Below, piece by piece: positions 1 through 6,864 of a DNA stretch of 50,036 bases. The stretch is from Candidatus Binatia bacterium (GTDB taxonomy: Bacteria > Desulfobacterota > Binatia > UBA9968). The stretch is taken from contig JBBDNJ010000342.1 of NCBI GenBank assembly GCA_040877705.1, positions 1 through 50,036 on the forward strand, written 5' to 3'. Positions within the stretch are counted from its first letter, which is position 1, and each line of letters starts with the position of its first letter. Position numbers and translations under genes: made by a program. The notes beneath the pieces are model-generated. The model saw only the letters and a list, made by a program, of their open reading frames with translations, was not told the origin of the DNA and made no database searches.

Positions 1-50
1 GTACGTATCTCATATTACCAAGCCCCGGTGGAAGATTTTTTCACAGGCTC
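1..50. mobile_element. Possible right end of an IS element (IS5/IS1182-like terminal sequence) abutting a Y1-transposase 3' end
   Basis: TTTTTCACAGGCTC ending at 50 resembles IS terminal inverted repeats, and the 64-bp repeat starts immediately after. Partner end and transposase are not in the window. Confidence 0.3.
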
Positions 51-51
51 T

Positions 52-115
52 GAGGGTTCGGAGAATTGAAAAATCACTTATAAACAGCAAAAAGCCGACT
101 TGACCCCTTTTGCGC
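52..115 (+). repeat. 64-bp direct repeat, copy 1 (3' end of a Y1/RAYT-like transposase gene plus TGACCCC motif)
   Basis: Matches 1676-1739 at 59/64 positions by manual alignment and ends in ...GACTTGACCCCTTTTGCGC. Confidence 0.9.
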
Positions 116-187
116 CCCTAAGATTTATGATGCTCCGCCTGCGGAGCCATAAATGCTATGGTGCTCCAAAACAGGAGGGTTCTATAC

Positions 188-955
188 ATGTCGCAAAGGT
201 TATTATTCGTTAGCTGTGGCGTGCATACTGAAGCAGAAAAAGCGTTGGGCCGAAAAATTGGCGAAGTGATCGAAAAGCACAAAATGATCAGCTTCCTCGC
301 ACCCAAGGTACATCAGCCTGCCGACCTTAACACGCACGTTTTTAAGGAACTTCAACGGTGTGACGGGTTTGTCGCCGTACTTCATAAACGTGGTGAGATC
401 CATTATGAATCCTTCCCGGTAAAACATCGGGCATCCGTCTGGATCCAGCAGGAGATTGGCATCATCTTTTACCGATCTTTTCTTTTAGGACTCGATATTC
501 CAGCTCGGATCTACCAAGACCAAGAAATTCTTCATGAGGGATTGACTACTAACTCGATAATCAATCCAATCCCGTTCGACAATGAGGAAATGCTCTTGGA
601 AGATTTGTCGGAGTGGCTCAAAGGACCTACATTCGATCAGCATCCCGTGTTGACGCGTCGAGACGATTTGTTTCAAAGGCGGATTCAAGATTATGAGGCA
701 AATCAGTGGCTAGTTCTAGAACTCATCGCTGCTCATAGCAGGAACGTTGGTGATGATGTCGATTATAACATTGTGCGTAACGACTTTTTTAAGATCAGCC
801 CAGATCCTGAACGACTTTTTGAGCGTGCATGGGTGCGTCTACGCGAGGACGGGTTGATATTTAGGAGCGATCATACGCCGCTAGTACTTCGCTTACAGCC
901 CCAGTGGTGGGACCTAGTGCATGAGGCACTCCGTAATCGCGCACGGGTACGATGA
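188..955 (+). CDS. TIR/nucleoside 2-deoxyribosyltransferase-like fold protein with helical (possibly winged-helix) C-terminus; putative defence effector
   Basis: N-terminal LFVSCG strand, ELQRCDGFVAVL and SVWIQQEIG motif with Glu at the TIR/NDT catalytic position. ATG 188 follows AGGAGG, so preferred over 158. Confidence 0.6.
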   Translation: MSQRLLFVSCGVHTEAEKALGRKIGEVIEKHKMISFLAPKVHQPADLNTHVFKELQRCDGFVAVLHKRGEIHYESFPVKHRASVWIQQEIGIIFYRSFLLGLDIPARIYQDQEILHEGLTTNSIINPIPFDNEEMLLEDLSEWLKGPTFDQHPVLTRRDDLFQRRIQDYEANQWLVLELIAAHSRNVGDDVDYNIVRNDFFKISPDPERLFERAWVRLREDGLIFRSDHTPLVLRLQPQWWDLVHEALRNRARVR

Positions 956-1035
956 GTTGGACCCCGACGGATAAAGGGGGATTCGTACTTTAAGGCGGTG
1001 GATCGTGCAGACGGTGTAAGAATTAAACATAAACA

Positions 1036-1260
1036 TGGAGTGCGCCCCATTGACTGGAGAGAATCTGAGAATTTGAGAGAAGGTGCGATCGGCTCAACCA
1101 GCGGGTAATATGAGGCCCGCTAGAAGGAGTCGATCGATGGGGAAAGAACGACGAAAGTTTGATACCGGGTTCAAGCAGCAAATTATCCAGGAAGTGGAAA
1201 CAGGGGTGCTGTCGGTCAGCGCTGCCAGCCGCAAGTACCAGATCTCCGGCAGCGTGATCG
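1036..1260 (+). pseudogene. IS3-family remnant: left end plus truncated OrfA HTH transposase
   Basis: ATG 1137 after AAGGAG encodes MGKERRKFDTGFKQQIIQEVETGVLSVSAASRKYQIS (HTH_Tnp_1-like). Similarity stops at ~1260. A TG-starting end-like sequence lies at 1036. Confidence 0.7.
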
Positions 1261-1436
1261 TGTGCGGCCCGGATCGCGTGATCCCGATTTTTGTGCTGCC
1301 GCCGGATAGCGCTGAGACTGAGTACCCGGCCCCCGTTGCTGCACCCTTGGTATGTTAACATCCTCGTCACGGTCGCCTAGCTTACCGCGCATTCGCTCGA
1401 CAACGTTCCTGAAAAGACTCCCGACCCCTTTATCCC

Positions 1437-1727
1437 GCTCAAGAGATCGTGGCGGCAACGGCACGGGAGTATGGTAAGGGGGTCGAGGAGTTAAAGCGGC
1501 GAAGGCGCGGCGGGGAGAACCAGGCGCGGATGGTAGCCATATATCTCGGCCGGCAATTAGGTGGGCACAAGCACGAGGAGATCGGGAAAACGGTGGGACT
1601 ACGCAAACCGTCATCGGTGAGTTCGGCCTATTTACTGATGAAGGAGCGACTAGCCAAAAAGAAGGAGCTTGTCCGGAGGGTTCGGAGAATTGAACTATCA
1701 CTTATAAACAGCAAAAAGCTGGCTTAA
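1437..1727 (+). pseudogene. 3' fragment of an HUH Y1 (RAYT-like) transposase carrying a DnaA C-terminal-like HTH
   Basis: QEIVAATAREYG..EELKRRRR..NQARMVAIYLGRQL....EEIGKTVG....SSVS is a DnaA domain IV-like HTH. No 5' part. Preceded by GACTCCCGACCCCTTTAT and followed by TAACCCC. Confidence 0.7.
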
Positions 1728-1739
1728 CCCCTTTTGCGC
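1676..1739 (+). repeat. 64-bp direct repeat, copy 2
   Basis: 59/64 identical to 52-115 and overlaps the stop codon of the Y1 transposase fragment. Confidence 0.9.
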
Positions 1740-1821
1740 TCCTTTGCCAGGAATCTCAAGCACCGCGCCGCTCTTTCGCGAATGTTCTCGAAACCGATGG
1801 CCAACCCGGCAGGAGCGGCTG

Positions 1822-3146
1822 TTACTTGTATACGTGCTCAAGCGCGACACGATGTACTCCTTCAAGTCCCGCGAACGAGCTACCCGCAACGATGACTTGC
1901 GCGTTCTTCATCTCTTTCTGCGAGAGAAGCCTGACGAAGGGCACAAGGACAAAATTTTCGAGATCCGCGACACTTTCCACGTCAGGTAGCTCCGCTGGCA
2001 TGTCAAGAACGGTAAACCCGGGGTAATTGCACGCAGTTTCTCGTGTAAGCCTCAGAAGTCCGTATTGATAGGCCAAGAGGAAGTACAGAGTCAGGGTACC
2101 GCCAAGCTTCCTGTCCCAGCGCTCACCTCCAATGTTGAAGCTGAACTTTTTTTCGTTCAGCCTAAGGCTCACCTCATCCTGCGACCAAGCCCCCGCCCGT
2201 GCCTCATTCAATCTATTCAGGTAGTCGTTCATGCCGTCGCAGAGTAGGTCCGCCGCCGTCTCGAAGTCCACCGACTCCGCTTGACTCTCTACCTCTTCAT
2301 TGAGCTTCTCCACTCGAGCCTGAAGGCTCTGGATCTCGCTTGCTAGTTGTTCACGACGCTTAAGTGCCTGCCGGATTCGCTCCCACTGCTTTCGGCGCTC
2401 CTCAAGCCGGCCTGCTTGTACATCAAGCTCCGCAAGCTCGGGTGGAAGAATTGCTGCCGCTGGCCGCCGTACCCGGTCCAAATCAGAATTAAGTTCCCCA
2501 ATTCGCTCAGCGGCCTTCCTCGCCTCTCGCGTAAGCTCCCGTCGCCTACCTTCAAGCTCCGCGATAAGTCTCGATGCTTCTTCGCGCTCCGTACGCAGGT
2601 GTCGAATCGCTATCTCCAGCCGCTTCCCTCCGGTTTCCGTGTCCCCCAGATTCCCAGGCAACAGGCGCCGACACAAAAAACACTCTGCACCTTCGTCATT
2701 GGAACCGGTTATTGCTTGGTCACACGCCGGGCAGTGCGTGATGCGTAGCCCGGAGAACACCTTGCCTGAGACCCGTGCCCGCTCTAATCGCTCAAGCTCG
2801 GCTTCCACATCGGATCTGAAGTCAAGGATGTCGCGCAGTCGGGCTTCGGCCGTTGCGAGTTCGTCCGCCGCCTTCTCATGCATCGCCGCTCAAGCGTCAT
2901 CTCTTCCCCTCCCGCGCGTGCCCGCACCTGAATCGAGTCGTACTTAGTAGCCAACTCTTCGGAGAGCGTCTGCTCTGCGGGATCTCGATCACCCAGCATG
3001 AAGTCGAGCATCCGTAGCCACACCGTTTTTCCTGTGTTTGGTTTCCCTACAATGAGATTGAGGCCCGGCTCGAAACTGTGCCGCTCTGTGGTTCCGTCAG
3101 CCGTTACCCGCTCAATGCTCTCTATTATGAAGTTACCGCGTGTCAT
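1822..3146 (-). pseudogene. lmuB: Lamassu/ABC-3C SMC-like ABC ATPase (LmuB-like), split by a frameshift with probable internal deletion near 2883
   Basis: 5' ORF has Walker A (GLNLIVGKPNTGKT). 3' ORF has coiled coils, CPAC/CFLC Zn-hook-like motifs, signature-like KLGG and Walker B (TVLDMP). The frames change at TLERR|MHEKAA. ATG 3146 overlaps the upstream stop (TGATG). Confidence 0.8.
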
Positions 3147-3694
3147 CACTCGATAACCTCACCAAGCGAGCGCTCGCCTACCTCCCTGTGAAATAGCTCA
3201 TACACGAGATTCTTCAACCGAGTTCCACTCTTACCTCCCAGAACTTTCTTGACCTGCTTCATGTGGCCAATGAGCCTTTCAAACGATGAATTCTCAGTGA
3301 ACTCCTCCGCTACCCGCACTCCCTCATCCGTAAGCTCCAGCTGAAAGGAAGCGCCTTTGCGCGAAACGACAAGAAGCCCATGCGCCTCTAAGTATGAGAG
3401 CAGCTGATAATACCGCTCGTCCCAAGGCCCATAGCGATACCGGACCATTCGCGACTCGTCGGTGGCTTCCGGGTTCCCCGCCTTGCCCTCGGCCGCTGCC
3501 GCCACAGCGAAGAACGCGGGATAGCGGACAAAGAAGTCAAGTTTTGCCATCTTGGTGAGTGAATCAATCCGCGCGCCCTTAGTCCCGCAGTGCCGGAAAA
3601 GAAGCAGCAGCCGTGCGGCATGCAACTCCATCACGTCTTCTGCCACTACCGGTCTGGATACCGGCGCATCAGCGAGTTCCCGAAGGCGTTTCAT
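3146..3694 (-). CDS. lmuC: ABC-three-component middle component (LmuC-like)
   Basis: RLLLL..SLTKMAKLDFFVRYP..RYRYGPWD..Y...L.YL...GL is typical of middle components. ATGA overlap with the upstream gene gives start 3694. Confidence 0.7.
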   Translation of the reverse strand: MKRLRELADAPVSRPVVAEDVMELHAARLLLLFRHCGTKGARIDSLTKMAKLDFFVRYPAFFAVAAAAEGKAGNPEATDESRMVRYRYGPWDERYYQLLSYLEAHGLLVVSRKGASFQLELTDEGVRVAEEFTENSSFERLIGHMKQVKKVLGGKSGTRLKNLVYELFHREVGERSLGEVIE

Positions 3695-4833
3695 ACATCC
3701 ACCTTCACGAAGCGATGTTGGCAAACATCGGTGATGTAATACATACAGCCGTGGAAGAAGTCCTTCGAAAGGCGGGCTCCCTCCGGCGCCTCCCTTCGAA
3801 GCTCCTCAAGGGCCTTCAGAGTTCGATGGTGAAATTCTACGCCGGATTCGCTGATCTCGCCGCTGTCGAGACTAGCACGAAGCTGAAGCAGCTCCGCCCG
3901 GACTTTGTCCTCCCACGCCAGGGACACGTCTCTCTCGAGGTAGTTTGGGCGCAACCATCTTGCCAAATAGCTGCGCCGAAGGGACTGTGCTGAAGCTATC
4001 ACGTCTTCAGCGATTCCCGCCGTTTCGAGCTTCTCCTGCAACGCGCGACCTCCCGCTTCAGAACCACCGTATTCGAGTAGCTGCACCTGCTCCGTGAACC
4101 ATGCCGCAAATTCATCTTGACTGAGCTTTCCAGCGCCGCGATCCAGCGATTTGTCTGAGTCTGCAGCTTTCCTTACTTTCAGTAAGAAAAATTCATAGAG
4201 CTGCTCGCGCTGATCTGATACCAAGAACCGCCCCATGTTATCCACAGCATGTCCAAGGCTTTGCAAGTTGCGGTTCTGGAGGGACGTCTCGCTATGCCCG
4301 ACCTCCCAGAGGGTCCGTTCCGCCCACAACGCTGGCCCGTTACCATTGGCTGATTGGACGCTATTCAGCTTGGCCTCAAGCGCCTCGCAGAGCCTCTGCA
4401 TCCTCTCTGAGCCTCGGACGCGGGCCTCAGCGCTACATGGCGCTTCAAGGATTCTGAGTTCTTCCGCAGGCGGCCTCCGGGTCACAACGCGAAACCAGCA
4501 AGGCTCTATGCAGCGATCGTTTGCCAGGAGCTTCTCTAGAACCGAACTCCCAATCTTGTTCCCATCTCGCCTGCAGAGCAGTGCCACCGACCAGAGCTGC
4601 TCGATCTTTTCTCCCTTGACTTGGACGAACTCGACTTCCTGTTCGCCGACCTCTCCCCGGATAAGGGTTACATCGTCAAGCGTCTCGCACCAGACTGCCA
4701 CAAGATTTTTCGAGAGCAACATCTCAAGACAAAACCCTGCGGCAACGTGGTCTTGAAATAGGAAACCCTGTCTCGCCGCCGTGCCGCCGAGTTCGAGCGG
4801 CTCAAGCTCGTGGATTGATTTGCCGAGAATCAT
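3691..4833 (-). CDS. lmuA: Lamassu effector (LmuA-like): Cap4/DUF4297-type PD-(D/E)xK dsDNA nuclease with ABC-3C C-terminal domain
   Basis: GG..ARQGFLFQD..A, ETLDD and EFVQVK motifs. First gene of a translationally coupled three-gene operon ending in an SMC-like ATPase. Confidence 0.8.
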   Translation of the reverse strand: MILGKSIHELEPLELGGTAARQGFLFQDHVAAGFCLEMLLSKNLVAVWCETLDDVTLIRGEVGEQEVEFVQVKGEKIEQLWSVALLCRRDGNKIGSSVLEKLLANDRCIEPCWFRVVTRRPPAEELRILEAPCSAEARVRGSERMQRLCEALEAKLNSVQSANGNGPALWAERTLWEVGHSETSLQNRNLQSLGHAVDNMGRFLVSDQREQLYEFFLLKVRKAADSDKSLDRGAGKLSQDEFAAWFTEQVQLLEYGGSEAGGRALQEKLETAGIAEDVIASAQSLRRSYLARWLRPNYLERDVSLAWEDKVRAELLQLRASLDSGEISESGVEFHHRTLKALEELRREAPEGARLSKDFFHGCMYYITDVCQHRFVKVDV

Positions 4834-5023
4834 CTACAACGCGCGCATATCTCCTCGGTTCACCGGCAGATAACTGGACCTAAATAATACGAGTGCCCCG
4901 TGATCAATATGAATTACTAAGTATACTGCCGAACGTCCGACGCATATTTGGGTTCCCTTAGAAATTGGAAGAGCGAAACGGGTCGAAATATCCCCCAGCT
5001 GGGAACATTTTGTCAAGGATAAT

Positions 5024-5234
5024 CCCGGATTTTTCACCAGAAGAGAAGAATAATGCCGCGCTTCGTGGCATAAAGGTTGTGTCACCAAACAATTACGCGC
5101 AGGGAGAGCGGCCTTATGGAAACACAGTGTACATACGAGAACAGATGGAATTTCAGCAACTGGGGCGTCGTGAAGTGATGGGGAGATTTGACGGGGGCAA
5201 GATCAGCTCGGACGCAGGAGGGGTGTTGCTGCGA
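5024..5234 (+). pseudogene. IS1380-family remnant: left end plus frameshifted transposase N-terminus
   Basis: ATG 5116 METQC/frameshift/IREQMEFQQLGRREVMGRFDGGKISSDAGGVLLR is an IS1380 transposase start. CCCGGATTTTTCA at 5024 resembles the family's ends. Truncated at GGGGTC (5235). Confidence 0.8.
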
Positions 5235-5508
5235 GGGGTCTCAGGGCAGAGGGTCTTGGGGTCGGTCTTTACTTTTGATGTCCCACTCGTAGTGTAGGTT
5301 CAAAAAACTGGCTAATTCCATTGGTTATAAACTGCCTTGACGATTAGTTGATCTCGCGTCCTTTTGCCAGGACTTCTCTCTGCGAATAGCTTCTCTAAAG
5401 TCGGTCGGCCGGCGAATCTTTGTCCTTTCGGTATCTCTCGGATCTGCTGCTTCTCGTGATCGGAATGGATCGGGTCAGGAATGGATCGGGTCGGGTCTTT
5501 ACTTTTGA
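5235..5508. repeat. REP-like GGGTC/GACCC repeats
   Basis: GGTCTTTACTTTTGA at 5264-5278 and 5494-5508. Tandem GGAATGGATCGGGTC at 5462-5476 and 5478-5492. GGGGTC at 5235 and 5258. Confidence 0.85.
5258..5461 (-). pseudogene. Degenerate 3' end of a second Y1 (RAYT-like) transposase
   Basis: Manual minus-strand translation gives HEKQQIREIPKGQRFAGRPTLEKLF..RDQLIVKAVY, then after frameshifts FLNLHY, ending TCAAAAGTAAAGACCGACCCC. Not in the ORF track. Confidence 0.7.
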
Positions 5509-5545
5509 CTATTTAGCAGCGCGCGTAAGTCGAAACCATTCACTC

Positions 5546-6547
5546 TCAATCATCCGGATGAGCAAATGATTTTGGCAGAACCTGGCGCATGATCCGCAGT
5601 AAGTTGCCGCCGAGAATTTTGCCGATCGCTGCTTCAGGATAATTTCGTCGCTTGAGCTCCGCCGCCAGGTTTTCTCTCGCAAGCAAGTTGGCGCCGATGC
5701 CGACGCGCCGGTAAACACGATCATCGCTCCAATCGCGTTTTTTCAATTCCGCCGCATAGGTCGGCACGTACGGTGCGATCCGTTGCGTGTCCTTGTATGA
5801 ACGGTGGAAATCATCCTGGGCAGAGACGCCGATGTGATCGACGCCAACGAGCTTCACGCAGTAGTCGACCCAGTCGACATATTCACTGACGCTGGTGTTG
5901 GCGCGCACATCCTGGCAGATCACGCCGCCTTTCTTCGCCGCGGCGACGATCAGGGGATCGGGCGCGCTGCGCGGCCGGTTGAACAAGGTTCGGCTGGTCG
6001 AGTGGGTAAAAATTACCGGCTGCTCCGACAATTCGAGCGTTTCGAGTGCGGTGCGGTCGCCGGAATGGGAGAGATCGATGAGGATCCCAAGCTGATTCAT
6101 TCGCTTTACCGCTTGACGGCCGAGAGATGTCAGACCGGTGTCGACCTCGCTGGCATGGCCGCAGCCGTAGTAGCTGTTTTCACTGAAGGCCAAGGACAAA
6201 CAGCGCAAGCCCAGATCGAAGAAAGCGTCGAGCAAACGCAAGCTGTCGCTGAGCGCCTTGGGGTTTTGCAGTCCGAATAGCACACCGATTTTGCCGCGAT
6301 GCTCAGGACGATCGAGATCGGCAGCGCTGCGCAGAACGTAAGCATGCCGATGGCCGCGGACGATCGCTTTTACCGTCTCGAAGTTTTCGATGCTCTCAAG
6401 CGTGTCATCCCAAGTAAGATTGCCAGTGCAGCCGACGACCGCAACGCCCTGCTCGCGCAGTTGATCGATAAACGCCGGCGACAAATCCTCCGGCCACGGC
6501 GCGCCGAGACAATTCACGATACCACTGTGGTGTTCGGGTAAACTCAT
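5546..6547 (-). CDS. Membrane/renal dipeptidase family (peptidase M19) amidohydrolase
   Basis: GLTSLGRQAVKRMNQLGILIDLSH, IFTHS, VGVDHIG, KILGGNLLR motifs. Start 6547 after GGAGG. Confidence 0.88.
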   Translation of the reverse strand: MSLPEHHSGIVNCLGAPWPEDLSPAFIDQLREQGVAVVGCTGNLTWDDTLESIENFETVKAIVRGHRHAYVLRSAADLDRPEHRGKIGVLFGLQNPKALSDSLRLLDAFFDLGLRCLSLAFSENSYYGCGHASEVDTGLTSLGRQAVKRMNQLGILIDLSHSGDRTALETLELSEQPVIFTHSTSRTLFNRPRSAPDPLIVAAAKKGGVICQDVRANTSVSEYVDWVDYCVKLVGVDHIGVSAQDDFHRSYKDTQRIAPYVPTYAAELKKRDWSDDRVYRRVGIGANLLARENLAAELKRRNYPEAAIGKILGGNLLRIMRQVLPKSFAHPDD

Positions 6548-6660
6548 GATCGCTTCCTCCCTGCCAACACTCCGATAATGACTTAACCCGTTAGCGAAAT
6601 TCACGCGCGAACAAAACGAGCTCCTGCCGGCACTGCGTTAACCAAACAAGACCAATAGAG

Positions 6661-6864
6661 TTACTCAGATACCTTTCCCGCAGACGGCTCCGCTGCAGAG
6701 TTCTTGTCCAGGCATTCGGAGCACACGCCGGTTTGTTTTTTCCAGAAGCCTTTGAAGAAATGTCTCCGGCAGAGAATTCTTCGGCACTGCTTGCACGCCG
6801 CGCCGCTTAGCTCGCCAAAGGTTCGCTTGCATATGCCGCAGGTTAACGGAGCCACCGAGAGCAT
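6661..6864 (-). CDS. Small Cys-rich zinc-finger-like protein
   Basis: CxxC-x11-CxxC-x4-CxxH-x12-CxxC pattern. Start overlaps the VWA gene stop (TAATG). Confidence 0.65.
   Translation of the reverse strand: MLSVAPLTCGICKRTFGELSGAACKQCRRILCRRHFFKGFWKKQTGVCSECLDKNSAAEPSAGKVSE

Noticed and set aside
1449-1727. dnaA gene or replication origin
   Set aside because: Only a domain IV-like HTH is present, with no AAA+ domain or DnaA boxes. Context fits a Y1 transposase tail.
2860-2900. Programmed frameshift producing full-length LmuB
   Set aside because: No slippery run at the junction, and sequence appears to be missing rather than just shifted.
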